Numbered from the stretch's first letter, positions 12,553 through 22,365 are shown. The stretch: 64,000 nucleotides of DNA from an uncultured Acidobacteriota bacterium (GCA_963770895.1 CAVYRF010000001.1:1408001-1472000), one strand, 5' to 3'. Notes: a model not told the origin generated them from the letters alone. Program-made: numbers and translations.

Positions 12553-14519
12553 CCGCGCGTTCCGGCGGGCGCGCCGGCCCCAGATCCGACTTCGGCCCCA
12601 GTCCCAGCCCCGGCGACGACGAGGGCGCGAAAGGTGGCGCTTCGCGCCAGCAGCTCGTCGTAAGGGCCGACCGCTTCGACGCGCCCTTCGCGCAGCAGCA
12701 CCAGGCGGTGGCAGCGCCGCACGGTGCTCAAGCGGTGCGCCACGATGACCAGGGTGCGGTCGCCGGATAGCGCCTCGATGGCGGCCGCCACCTCCTGTTC
12801 GGTGCGATTGTCGAGCGCCGCCGTGGCTTCGTCGAGCACCAGCACGCGCGGCTCGCCGTAGAGGGCGCGGGCGATGGCGACCCGCTGGCGCTCGCCGCCC
12901 GAAAGGCGCACGCCGCGCTCGCCGACGCGGGTGTCGAGACCGCCGGGCAGAGCGCTGACGAAGCGCTCGAGCTGCGCCAGGCGGATGGCGCGCCGCAGGC
13001 GGTCGGGGTCGATCTCGGCATCGGCGAGGCCGAAGGCGATGTTGCGGCGCAAGGTGTCGTCGGCGAGGTAGATGGCCTGCGGCACGTAGCCGATGCGGCG
13101 CTGCCAGGCGCGGCCGTCGTGCGCCAGGTCGACGCCGCCGGCCAGCACGCGGCCGGCGGTGGGGTGGAGCAGCGCCAGCAGGTGATCGACCAGGGTGCTC
13201 TTGCCGCTGCCGCTGGGGCCGACGATGCCGATCGCCTCGCCGGCCGGCAGGCGGAGGTTGATGTCGCAGAGCGCCGGGCGGTGCGCCGCCTCGTAGGTAA
13301 AGGTGACGTGCTCGAAGACCACCGCGTCGTGGCCGCTCGCCATCGTCGCCAGCGTTGCCATTGTCGCCATCGTCGCCAGCGGCTCCGCGGCCAGCGCGGC
13401 CGGTGGCGGCGGTGGCGACGCCGGGGCGGCAGCGGTCGGCGGCGCGGCCGGAGCGTCCGCGGCGGCCGGGGCGGCAGCGTCGCGGACGCGCGCCAGGTCG
13501 GCGGCGAGGCTGGCGGCGGCGGGGGCTTCGAAGCGCACGGTGTGCAGGTTGTAGACGACGCGGTGCGCCGAGGGCAGGATGCGGAAGCCGGCGTAGACCA
13601 GCAGCCCCAGCATCGGGATGCTGGCGCGCACGCTGCCGCCGGCGGCGGCGCCGGCGGGGGCGGTGACCGCGGCGGCGAAGACGATCGCCGCCATGCCGAG
13701 CACGAAGAGCGCCTCGACCAGCAGGCGCGGCACGGCCTCGGCGGTCACGCGCAGGGTCTGCAGGCGGGCGCGCGCGGTGCGCAGGCGCAGGAAGCGCTCG
13801 ACGAAGTGGCGCTCGCGCCCCAGAACCTTGACCTCCTTGACGCCGCCCAGGCCCTGGTTGAGCAGTCCGAGCTCGGCCAGCTCGATCTCGCGTGCCTCGC
13901 CGCCCCAGGTCTTGAACGCCTGCTGGGTAACGCGCAGGCCGCGCGCCAGGGCGAAGGTGACGACGATGCCGGCGGTGACCGCGGCGAGCGGCGCCTTCCA
14001 CAGCAGCACCGCGGCCATCGCCGCGATGTTCAGCGACTCAGAGAGCGCGACGGTGGCGGAAAGCAGCACCGAGCGGCAGGTGCGCTCCATCGATTCCTGG
14101 ATGGTATGGATCAGCTCGGCCGAATTGCGCCGCAGATGGAAGGCGTAGTCGGCGGCGAGGTAGCCGGCGAGCAGCTCGGCGGAGAGTGCCGCGATGGTGC
14201 CGTAGGCGAAGCGCGACTGCGCGTAGGCTTCGAGCGCCAGCAGGCTGTTCTTCAGCAGGTAGAAGGCGCCGACGAAGACGGCGAGGGCGGTGATCGCGGC
14301 ACGCTCGCCGGGGTGTCCGGAGAGCGCCGCGACGGAGCGTACCAGCGCCAGGTCGTGCGCCCGCGCCGGGTCGAGCAGCACGGTGACCAGCGACAGCACG
14401 GCGACGGCGCCGACCATCTCGAAGCTGGCGTTGAGCGTCGCCGTCGCCGCCAGGCCGGCCCACTGCCAGCGGGCGCGGCGCGGCAGGATGGCGAGGAGGT
14501 GATCCAGCGTCTCCTTCAT
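12549..14519 (-). CDS. ABC transporter permease/ATPase, PglK/MsbA-like putative lipid-linked glycan flippase
   Basis: TMD then GPSGSGKST, IGYVPQ, LSGGERQRVAIARA, LDEATAALD, IVAHRLST; located in a GT cluster. Confidence 0.88.
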   Translation of the reverse strand: MKETLDHLLAILPRRARWQWAGLAATATLNASFEMVGAVAVLSLVTVLLDPARAHDLALVRSVAALSGHPGERAAITALAVFVGAFYLLKNSLLALEAYAQSRFAYGTIAALSAELLAGYLAADYAFHLRRNSAELIHTIQESMERTCRSVLLSATVALSESLNIAAMAAVLLWKAPLAAVTAGIVVTFALARGLRVTQQAFKTWGGEAREIELAELGLLNQGLGGVKEVKVLGRERHFVERFLRLRTARARLQTLRVTAEAVPRLLVEALFVLGMAAIVFAAAVTAPAGAAAGGSVRASIPMLGLLVYAGFRILPSAHRVVYNLHTVRFEAPAAASLAADLARVRDAAAPAAADAPAAPPTAAAPASPPPPPAALAAEPLATMATMATLATMASGHDAVVFEHVTFTYEAAHRPALCDINLRLPAGEAIGIVGPSGSGKSTLVDHLLALLHPTAGRVLAGGVDLAHDGRAWQRRIGYVPQAIYLADDTLRRNIAFGLADAEIDPDRLRRAIRLAQLERFVSALPGGLDTRVGERGVRLSGGERQRVAIARALYGEPRVLVLDEATAALDNRTEQEVAAAIEALSGDRTLVIVAHRLSTVRRCHRLVLLREGRVEAVGPYDELLARSATFRALVVAGAGTGAEVGSGAGAPAGTRG

Positions 14520-15664
14520 TGCGTCATCGCGTCGTGGCGCGGCGTCGCCAGCAGGTCCTCGCACGCGGCCAGCACGCGCTCGGCGGCGTCCGGCACCACG
14601 CAGCGGCGCGCCCGCGCCGCCGCGGCGTCGAGCGCGGCCGGATCGGCAAGCAGGCCGGCGAGGCGGTCCGCCCACGCTTCCGGCTGCCAGCCGGCCTCGG
14701 CCGCCCACCAGCCCGCCGACGCGGCGGTAAAGGCCGCCGCGTTGTGCGTCTGGTGATCGTGTGCCGCGCCGGCGAGCGGCACGAACAACGACGGCACCGC
14801 GGCGGCGGCGAGCTCGAACACGGTGCCGGCGCCGGCGCAGGCGATGGCAAAGTCGGCCCAGGTGTAGGCGCCCGGCATGTCGTCCAGGTAGGGGTCGACG
14901 GCGGCGGCGATGCCGGCGGCGGCGTAGGCGGCGGCGATCGGCGCCGGCGGCGAGTCGCCGCACTGGTGGCGCACGGTGAGCGCTACGCCGCGGCGGGCGG
15001 CGCGGGCGAGCAGGTCGGGGGCGCGGCGGTTGAGGAACTCCGAGCCCAGCGAGCCGCCGGTGACCAGGATCTGGGCCGGCCGGTCGCCGCGCGTGCCGGC
15101 GCCACGGCGCTCCGCTCCCAGGCGCAGGATCTCGCGCCGCACCGGCGTGCCGGTGCGCTCGACGCGCGCCGCGGGCAGGCCGGCGGCGGCCGGTTCGAAA
15201 GCGGTGAAGACACGGTCCACCAGGCGGGCCAGCAGCCGGTTGGCGAGGCCGGCGGTGGCGTTCGATTCATGGATGGCGGTGCCCAGGCCCATGCAGCGCG
15301 CCGCGAGCAGCGGTGCCGCGGTGGCGAAGCCGCCGAAGCCCACCGCCAGGCCGGCCTGGCGGTGGGCCAGGATGCGGCGGGCGCGCCCGACCCCCCGCGC
15401 CGTGCACAGCACCGCCTTCAGCTGGGATCCAGGCGAGGCGCCGAGCAGGGGCAGGCTGTCGAGGGGTTCGATGGGGTGCCCCTCGGCGGCCACCAGGCGT
15501 GCCGCGAGCCCCTGCGCCGGCACGACGAAGAACACCGCGCCCTCGCCGCGCGAGCGCCGCCACAGGTCGGCGACGACCAGCGCCGGGTAGACGTGGCCGG
15601 CGGTGCCGCCGCAGGCGATGGCCAGGCGGTGACGTGGTGCGGTGGGCTGGCGGCCGCGCGGCAT
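14516..15664 (-). CDS. MurG-like GT28 GlcNAc transferase (outside a dcw cluster)
   Basis: GGTAGHVYP, GFGGF, HESNA..GLANR, GTPVR, GGSLGS, DHQTHNA. Confidence 0.88.
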   Translation of the reverse strand: MPRGRQPTAPRHRLAIACGGTAGHVYPALVVADLWRRSRGEGAVFFVVPAQGLAARLVAAEGHPIEPLDSLPLLGASPGSQLKAVLCTARGVGRARRILAHRQAGLAVGFGGFATAAPLLAARCMGLGTAIHESNATAGLANRLLARLVDRVFTAFEPAAAGLPAARVERTGTPVRREILRLGAERRGAGTRGDRPAQILVTGGSLGSEFLNRRAPDLLARAARRGVALTVRHQCGDSPPAPIAAAYAAAGIAAAVDPYLDDMPGAYTWADFAIACAGAGTVFELAAAAVPSLFVPLAGAAHDHQTHNAAAFTAASAGWWAAEAGWQPEAWADRLAGLLADPAALDAAAARARRCVVPDAAERVLAACEDLLATPRHDAMTQ

Positions 15665-15738
15665 CGTGCGGGGTGGCGGCGGTAGGCTCAGTGCAATGCT
15701 CCCGGCGGCGCGCGTCGCCTTCCACTACACTCGGGCGC

Positions 15739-17055
15739 ATGCTTGGCGCGCGCTGCCGCGTGGTGATCGTTGTCCTGGGCGAGCTCGGGTACAGTTCGCG
15801 TATGTTTTATCACGCCCTCGCCCTGGGCGCCGCGGGGGCGGCGGTCCACCTGGTGGGGCTGGCCGGGGCGGACCTGCCGGCGGCGGTGTGCCAGCATCCC
15901 AATATCAAAGTGCATGAGCTGGGCGCACCCCCGCGGCCGGCGCCGCGGCGTCGGGCGTGGTCGCCGGTGGCGGCCGGGGCGCGAGCGCTGCGCCTGGGCG
16001 CGGCGCTGCTGTGGTGCCTGCTGGCACGGGTCGAGCGGCCGGATTTCGTGCTGGTGCAGACGCCGCCCGCGCTGCCGGCCCTGCTGGTGGCGCTGGTCGC
16101 GGCACGCTGGCGGGCGGCGGCGCTGGTCGTCGATTGGCACAACTTCGGCGACCGCATGCTCGCTCTGCGGCTGGGCGGCGGCCATCCGCTGGTGCGGTTT
16201 CTCGGCGCCTGGGAGCGCCGGCTGGGGCGCCGCGCCGACGCGCACTTCTGCGTCTCGGCGGCGATGCGCGCCGAGCTGGCGGCGCGGTGCCGCATCGCCG
16301 CGAGGGTGCTGCGCGACCTGCCGGCGGCGCGCTTCGCGCCCACCCCCGAGCCGCGGCGCGCCGAGCTGCGGCGGCGCGTCGCCGGCGTGGCGGGCGCGGC
16401 GGATGCGACCGGCTGGGTGGGCGGCGAGGCGGCGCAGGGCCAGGCGGTGCAGGGCGAGGCGGCGACGATCGCGGTGACGGCCACCAGCTGGTCGGCGGAC
16501 GAGGACCTGGCGCTGTTGCTGGCCGCCGCGGTGCGCTGCGAGGAGGCGCTGGTGCGGCGCGGCGCGGCGCCGCTGGTCCTGCTGGTCACCGGCCGGGGCG
16601 GCGCGGTGCAGGCGGAGTTCGAGCGGCGGGCGGCGGCCCTGGAGCTGACGCGGGTGCGCATCGTGACCGCCTGGCTGGCGGCGGACGAGTATCCGGCGAT
16701 GCTCGGCGCCGCGGACCTCGGGGTGTCGCTCCACCGCTCGGCCTCGGGGTGCGACCTGCCGATGAAGATCGCCGACATGTTCGGCGCCGGACTGCCGGTG
16801 TGTGCGTTCGACTACGGGCCCTGCCTGGCGGAGCTGGTGCGCGACGGCGAAAATGGCCGGCTGTTTCGCACCGCCGACGAGCTTGCCGCGTGCCTGCTGG
16901 CGCTGGCCGGCGGCGGCGCCGACGCGGCGGCGGCGCGCGCGGCGCTGCGTCCTGGGGTGGTGGCGGCGGCGCGGCGGCGGTGGCACGAGGAGTGGGCGGC
17001 GGTGGCGGCGCCGCTCTTCGCGCCCAGCGCGGCGCGGCGGCGCGGCGGCGGATGA
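15739..17055 (+). CDS. ALG1-like beta-1,4-mannosyltransferase (GT33)
   Basis: VLGELGYSSRMFYHA, QTPP, VDWHNFG, TSWSADED, ADLGVSLHRSASGCDLPMKIADMFGAGLPVCA match the eukaryotic ALG1 signature motifs. Confidence 0.88.
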   Translation: MLGARCRVVIVVLGELGYSSRMFYHALALGAAGAAVHLVGLAGADLPAAVCQHPNIKVHELGAPPRPAPRRRAWSPVAAGARALRLGAALLWCLLARVERPDFVLVQTPPALPALLVALVAARWRAAALVVDWHNFGDRMLALRLGGGHPLVRFLGAWERRLGRRADAHFCVSAAMRAELAARCRIAARVLRDLPAARFAPTPEPRRAELRRRVAGVAGAADATGWVGGEAAQGQAVQGEAATIAVTATSWSADEDLALLLAAAVRCEEALVRRGAAPLVLLVTGRGGAVQAEFERRAAALELTRVRIVTAWLAADEYPAMLGAADLGVSLHRSASGCDLPMKIADMFGAGLPVCAFDYGPCLAELVRDGENGRLFRTADELAACLLALAGGGADAAAARAALRPGVVAAARRRWHEEWAAVAAPLFAPSAARRRGGG

Positions 17056-18308
17056 GCGAGCCCTTTCCGGCGCGGCGCAACGCCCTGCGCATCGCCGTGC
17101 TGCATCCCGAGCTGACGGTTGGCGGCGCCGAGCGGGTGATGGTCGATGCCGCGGCGGCGCTGCAGGCGGCGGGGCACGCGGTCACCCTGTTCACCGCCCG
17201 GCTCGACCGGCAGCGGGCGTTCACCGAGGCCGTTGACGGCACGCTGCGGGTGCGGGTGGTGGCCGGCGGCTTGCTGCCCGGAGCGGTGGCGCAACGGCTG
17301 CGGGTGCCGTGCGCGGTGGCGCGCAGCCTGTGGCTGGCGGCGGCGGCCGCCGCCGCGGCGCGACGCGGCGGCTGGGACGCGGTGCTCTGCGACCAGGTGG
17401 CGCAGGCGGTGCCGCTGGCGCGGCGCTGGTGCCGGGCGCCGGTGGTCTTCTACTGCCACTTTCCGGATCGGCTGCTGGCGCCTGCCGGCGGGCGATTCTA
17501 CGGCTGGTACCGCGGTCCGCTCGACCGGCTGGAGGCGGCCGGCATGGCATGCGCCGATCGCGTGCTGGTCAACAGCCGCTTCACGGCAGCGGCCTTCCGC
17601 GGTGCTTTTCCGCATGCCGCGGCGCCGGCGGTGGTATATCCGGGGGTCGAAATCGCCGCGTGCAATCCGGCGCTCGCCACTGTGGCACAGGGCGGCGGAG
17701 CGGGTGGGCCGGCGACCATTCTTTCGCTGGCGCGCTTCGCGCCCGCCAAGGGGGTCGAGCTCGCGATCGACGCCCTGGCGGAGCTGCGCACGGCGGCGCC
17801 GGCTGCATTCGCCGGCTGCCGGCTGGTCCTCGCCGGCAGCTGCGACGAGCGGGTGCGCGAGCAGCGCGAGACGCGCGCGGCGCTCGCGGCGCGCTGCACG
17901 GCGCTGGGGCTGGACGGCCGGGTGGAGCTGCGCCCTTCGGTGGACGAAGCGGAGCGCCGGGCGCTGCTCGCCGGCTGCCGCTTCCTGGTCTATACGCCTG
18001 CCGCCGAGCACTTCGGCATGGTGCCGATCGAGGCCATGGCCGCAGGGCGGCCGGTCGTCGCCATCGCCGGCGGCGGGCCGGCGGAAACCGTCGTGGACGG
18101 CGAGACGGGCTACCTCTGCCCACCGGCGCCGGCGGCCCTCGCCGCGGCTTTCGCCCGGCTCCTAGATCGGCCCGATCTCGCCGCGCGCCTGGGCGCCGCC
18201 GGCCGCCGCCATGTCGAGCACCATTTTTCGCGGGCCGCCTTCGGCGCCGCGATCGAGGCGGCGCTTCAGCAGGCGGTGCGCGGTCGCGTGCAGCGGTACA
18301 GGGCGTAG
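17052..18308 (+). CDS. ALG2-like alpha-1,3/1,6-mannosyltransferase (GT4)
   Basis: LHPELTVGGAERVMVDAA, CDQV, FYCHFPDRLL, YRGPLDRLE, ADRVLVNSRFT, YTPAAEHFGMVPIEAM; ATGA overlap with the ALG1-like gene. Confidence 0.85.
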   Translation: MSEPFPARRNALRIAVLHPELTVGGAERVMVDAAAALQAAGHAVTLFTARLDRQRAFTEAVDGTLRVRVVAGGLLPGAVAQRLRVPCAVARSLWLAAAAAAAARRGGWDAVLCDQVAQAVPLARRWCRAPVVFYCHFPDRLLAPAGGRFYGWYRGPLDRLEAAGMACADRVLVNSRFTAAAFRGAFPHAAAPAVVYPGVEIAACNPALATVAQGGGAGGPATILSLARFAPAKGVELAIDALAELRTAAPAAFAGCRLVLAGSCDERVREQRETRAALAARCTALGLDGRVELRPSVDEAERRALLAGCRFLVYTPAAEHFGMVPIEAMAAGRPVVAIAGGGPAETVVDGETGYLCPPAPAALAAAFARLLDRPDLAARLGAAGRRHVEHHFSRAAFGAAIEAALQQAVRGRVQRYRA

Positions 18309-20458
18309 CGCTCACCCAGGAGCGGCGGCGCGGTCGCGGCACAGCAAATGGCGGCCAGGCCGCTGGCCAACGGTGCGGCCCAGGGCAGGCTGGTATCGAC
18401 AGCGACCAGGTCCACCCCGCGGCCGGCGACCAGGGCGACGTCGCCGGCGAGCCGAGGGGGCGGCTGGCTGGTCGCGGGTCCTCCCACCAGGGCTTCCAGG
18501 CGGCGGCGCTCGTCGATACCGCGCGGGCCTTCGCCGGCGACGGCGCCGTAGTACTCGGGGCGCACGCCGATCAGGCGCGGATGGCGGCGGAAGGTGGTGA
18601 CCCATTCGGCAAGGTCGTAGGGAGCCAGCACCAGGTCGGTAGGGCGGCTGAGGGCGACCAGAGTAGCGGCCAGCTCGTGCTCCGGCGGCACCTTCGGCGC
18701 GGGCAGGCCGAGGCGCGTGCCGTCGCGCGGCGAAAGCGTCCACGTGCCGGGAAGGCAGGCGAAGATCACGCTGAAACCGGCGGCGGCGGCGGCTCCCGGC
18801 AGCCAGCCGGGCCAGCCGGGCGATCGCGGCCACGCGGCGCGCGGTACCGGCGCTTGCGGGGCGGCGGCGCGGCGGCGCAGGGTGGCGAGGCGTTGGACAC
18901 AGAGGCCGATCAGCAGCGGGAACGGCACCGCCCAGAAGATGCGCCACAGGAAGCGCTGGACGAAGCGGCCGGCCAGCGCCGGCGTCCAGGGGTTCATCAC
19001 CGCCAGCAGCAAGGCGAGGACGTAGGCGATGGCCAAGCGGCGCCGCCGGCCCGGCGCGGCCACGAGCGGTGCCAGCAGCAGTGCGAAGAGAGCGAAGCGC
19101 GCGCGCGGGCCGGTGCCGAGCACGGCAGACAGGCCCGAGGTGGAGAGCGCGGGAAGCTGCGTCACGTCGGCCCACGAGATCGCCAGCCGTTGCGCCAGCG
19201 GCATGCGCGCCACCGTCGCCGCGGCGAAGCCGGCGACCGGCAGCGCCGCGGCGCCCGCCCAGAGCACGAGCGCCGGCCGGCGCTCGGCCGCGCTCCAGGC
19301 GGCCACCAGCAGCAGTGCCGTGGTGGGCACGGCGACGACGGCGCTGCCGGATATGCCCACCGCGGCCACCTGCACCAGGGCAAGCAGCATCCAGGTGCGC
19401 GCGCCCGGCGTGCGGCAGAAGCCCGCCGCGTAGGAAAGGGCGGCGGGCACGGCCACCACCACCGCCACCGCCTTGCCTTGGAACATGCGGACAAACGCAA
19501 AGTTGCCATACGCCTGGTGCACGTCGCCCCAGGCAAGCAGCGCCAACACCACCGCCGCGGCGCCGGCCACGGCGCCCGGCCGGCCGCCCAGGCGGCGCAG
19601 CGCCGACCAGTGGGCGAGCACGCAGAGCACCGCAAAGAGCGCCGGGAAGACCAGGTAGTAGAGCGCCTTGGGATCCACGCCGCCGAGCCGCGACAGCGTC
19701 GCGACCAGCGGTTCATAGCTCTTCAGCCGGTACCAGGTTTCAAAAGGCGGCAGACCGCGCTCGCCATAGAGCCCGTCATACGCCAGCAGCGGCTCCGCCG
19801 GGCGATCGAGCGCCGTAACCACCAGGTTGAGATAGAAGCTGTCGTCCGCATCCGGCCGGTGCGCCGCAAGGGTGACCCCGGCAGCCAGCACGCACAGGGC
19901 AAAAAGCGCAACGAGCGCCGCGCCGCCGCCTCTGTCGTGCGGCGCCGCCGACGTCAGTGTTGCCGGCAGCGCCGACACTGCCGTCGGGGCGGCGGCCGGC
20001 GCGCGAGCCCCATCTGCCGCCGCCGCGTTGTCCGGCCCGTCGCGGCGCGCCCGCACGCCGGCCGCGACGAGCACACCGACCGCGAGCACCCAATAGACCG
20101 GATATGCGCCCTTGCCGGCGGCGCCGGCGACCACCATCACCAACCCGGACGCCGCCGCGGCAACCGCCAGCGCCCGCGGCTGCAGCGCCTCCGCCTCCAA
20201 CTTCGCCACCGCCCCCTGCGGCGCCGCCGCCCCGCTACAAGCAGAGTTCGGCGCCGGCAGCCAGCGCAGTACGGCCGCGGCGGCCAGCAACGGCACCCAA
20301 GCGAGCGAAACCAGGGTGTCGAAGCTAGCGCCGAGCGCCTGCAACGTCCAACACCACGAGGTCCAGACGCCGAACAGCACCACGCTGCCATCGAGCAGCC
20401 GCACCGCCGCCGCTTCCCAGCGAAAAGCGCAGCTTTCCCCGGCCATCGGAGCCAGCAT
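18266..20458 (-). CDS. Polytopic membrane protein, GT-C-like (DUF6077-like)
   Basis: About 12 or more hydrophobic segments, DADDSFY acidic motif in an early loop, RMFQGK motif, soluble C-terminal domain. Confidence 0.65.
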   Translation of the reverse strand: MLAPMAGESCAFRWEAAAVRLLDGSVVLFGVWTSWCWTLQALGASFDTLVSLAWVPLLAAAAVLRWLPAPNSACSGAAAPQGAVAKLEAEALQPRALAVAAAASGLVMVVAGAAGKGAYPVYWVLAVGVLVAAGVRARRDGPDNAAAADGARAPAAAPTAVSALPATLTSAAPHDRGGGAALVALFALCVLAAGVTLAAHRPDADDSFYLNLVVTALDRPAEPLLAYDGLYGERGLPPFETWYRLKSYEPLVATLSRLGGVDPKALYYLVFPALFAVLCVLAHWSALRRLGGRPGAVAGAAAVVLALLAWGDVHQAYGNFAFVRMFQGKAVAVVVAVPAALSYAAGFCRTPGARTWMLLALVQVAAVGISGSAVVAVPTTALLLVAAWSAAERRPALVLWAGAAALPVAGFAAATVARMPLAQRLAISWADVTQLPALSTSGLSAVLGTGPRARFALFALLLAPLVAAPGRRRRLAIAYVLALLLAVMNPWTPALAGRFVQRFLWRIFWAVPFPLLIGLCVQRLATLRRRAAAPQAPVPRAAWPRSPGWPGWLPGAAAAAGFSVIFACLPGTWTLSPRDGTRLGLPAPKVPPEHELAATLVALSRPTDLVLAPYDLAEWVTTFRRHPRLIGVRPEYYGAVAGEGPRGIDERRRLEALVGGPATSQPPPRLAGDVALVAGRGVDLVAVDTSLPWAAPLASGLAAICCAATAPPLLGERYALYRCTRPRTAC

Positions 20459-20683
20459 ACCAGCGCCCCGCGCCGACCGTGGCGCGGCGCACGCACGCCG
20501 ATTCCGCCGTCTGGTCGCCCGCGACGGCCTCAGCCGTTCACCCCCTCGCCGCCTTTGACGTTCAGGATTTGGCCTGAGACCTACGGCGCATCCAGGCTTG
20601 CCAAGAAGACCCCCTTGCACCCACCCCCGCCATCCCCTAAACTTCACGCTCGCCTCGGCTTCCACCCGAGCCCGCTCCTCCCG

Positions 20684-20758
20684 GCCGACGTAGCTCAGCG
20701 GTAGAGCAGCTGATTCGTAATCAGCAGGTCATCGGTTCAATCCCGATCGTCGGCTCCA
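20684..20758 (+). tRNA. tRNA-Thr(CGT)
   Basis: Cloverleaf GCCGACG..CGTCGGC-T-CCA; anticodon arm GCTGA-TTCGTAA-TCAGC; GGTTCAATCC T-loop. Confidence 0.97.
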
Positions 20759-20826
20759 GCATAAGCCCAATTCTGTCAGCGATTTAACCCCTCTCCTTCG
20801 GGTCGCGTTATCGCGCGATTCGAGAT

Positions 20827-20848
20827 CTGACTCAGCACTGACTCAGCA
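20827..20848 (+). repeat. Integrase arm-type repeats (CTGACTCAGCA x2), left arm
   Basis: Same 11-mer is repeated at 31077-31109 near the other att. Confidence 0.75.
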
Positions 20849-21034
20849 CGCGGAGCAGTTTCGTCGGCCGCGTGGAAAGGAGGGGATCGACCCAGCGGAA
20901 CAACCAGGCAGGCACCAGCCACGACCCACAGGCAGCCGGTCGGTTCCGGCACCGCCCCCCACAGATCTAACAGCGGCCTCGGCGAGAGTTGATGGCTCCC
21001 GCCGAAGCCTGACCAACGCAAAGGAAAACGCCCT

Positions 21035-21439
21035 ATGCGAGGCTCACCGCAGTCTACAACCCCGCCGCCCCCACCCTGGAACGCCGCCGATTCGTTCCGG
21101 GAAACAACCCTCATCTGCATTGACGATCCGGTGTCGCGCGAAGCCCTCCGTCAGGTCGGCCGGATGATCTACGAAATGGCGATCGTGACGGCCGAGTTCC
21201 CCAGCGACGAGTCCACCAGCCACGCGGAGATGCGCGCCGCCCTGGCCGAGCTGCGCTTCATTGAGGGGTTCTTCCTCTCGATGCACCAGGCGGCCGAGGA
21301 ATCGTGCCTCGATCCCCAGGAAGCCCGCCTTGCCCGCTTCGCCGGCAAGATGGCAGTGCAGGTAAGCGCAATCGTTGCCGCCGTCGAGCGCGAGTTGCGA
21401 CCGATCGCCAGTTGGCCCGGCGACAAGGCAGAGAGGTGA
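21035..21439 (+). CDS. Hypothetical helical protein, paralog of 21562-21927
   Basis: Shares ELRAA.A.LR..EG.. and LARFAGK.A motifs with the next ORF; AAAGGAAA RBS. Confidence 0.7.
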   Translation: MRGSPQSTTPPPPPWNAADSFRETTLICIDDPVSREALRQVGRMIYEMAIVTAEFPSDESTSHAEMRAALAELRFIEGFFLSMHQAAEESCLDPQEARLARFAGKMAVQVSAIVAAVERELRPIASWPGDKAER

Positions 21440-21561
21440 TCGCAGTCGAGTAGTCCAGAGACACGGAGGGGCGGCGCCGTGCCGCCCCGTTTCCCTAGAA
21501 GCGGCCCCGGCAAGAGGTGTGAACTCTCACCGGAGCCTAGTCACGCAAAGGAAACCGCCCA

Positions 21562-21927
21562 ATGCGCAACCGCCACAAATCTACCACCGCATCCGCCACC
21601 TGGACCGAGGCAGCCTCGATCCGGGAAACCACCATGCGCAGTATCGACGACGCGAAGGACCGGAAGGCGATCCGCCGTCTCAGCAGAATGCTCTACCTGT
21701 ACGCGCTGGAGACGACGCGCGGGCCTTTCACGGAGTCCCCAACCCGCGACGAACTGCGCGCCGCCGCCGCCGATCTCCGGTATCTCGAAGGCTACCTATC
21801 CATGACCGGCGATGCGCACAGCGCCTCATCGCTCCCGCCGCCGGATGACGACCTGGCCCGGTTCGCCGGCAAGCTCGCCGGGAAGGTCGGCGCCATCGCG
21901 GAGTCGATCGAAGGGAGGCTGTCATGA
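21562..21927 (+). CDS. Hypothetical helical protein, paralog of 21035-21439
   Basis: Shared motifs; AAAGGAAA RBS; ATGA overlap with the next gene. Confidence 0.7.
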   Translation: MRNRHKSTTASATWTEAASIRETTMRSIDDAKDRKAIRRLSRMLYLYALETTRGPFTESPTRDELRAAAADLRYLEGYLSMTGDAHSASSLPPPDDDLARFAGKLAGKVGAIAESIEGRLS

Positions 21928-22223
21928 CCACTGGCCGTCACCCGGACGCCGAGCGGTCGCGCCAGGCGCTTTGCCGTCTCGTTGGGTTGGCAGGGGTAAG
22001 CCGCGTTGAGATGTCCCGCCGCCTCCAAGGCCGGGGCTTCTCATGCGACGTGCAGCGCGCTCTAACCGGCAGGACCGACCTGCGGTTGTGGCAGGTGCTG
22101 GCGATCGTAGAAGCGGTGGACATGGCGCCCGCCGAGTTCTTCCGCATGGTGTTCAAGGCGCCCAAGGAGCCCAGCCCGTTTCGGCGGCAGCTTGAAATTG
22201 TAGCGACCACGCTTCACGAGTAG
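21924..22223 (+). CDS. XRE-like HTH protein
   Basis: GVSRVEMSRRL..VQRALTGRTDLRLWQVLAI..PAEFF pattern. Confidence 0.6.
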   Translation: MTTGRHPDAERSRQALCRLVGLAGVSRVEMSRRLQGRGFSCDVQRALTGRTDLRLWQVLAIVEAVDMAPAEFFRMVFKAPKEPSPFRRQLEIVATTLHE

Positions 22224-22365
22224 GCGAGAAGGACCACCGCAAGACACCCCCCGCGCCAACGTCACCGACGCTAAACCGTCAAACCGTCCGGGCCTGTGAA
22301 GCAGAGCACAGGCCCGGACTTCTCGCCTTAGCGCTAACGCCATACATGATCATATCTGCATAAGC

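Noticed and set aside
13335-13480. Short tandem repeats (ATMATLATM, Ala/Pro-rich)
   Set aside because: Low-complexity linker between the TMD and ATPase domain
14516-15664. Housekeeping murG
   Set aside because: No ftsW/murC neighbours and it is embedded in the GT cluster; gene symbol withheld
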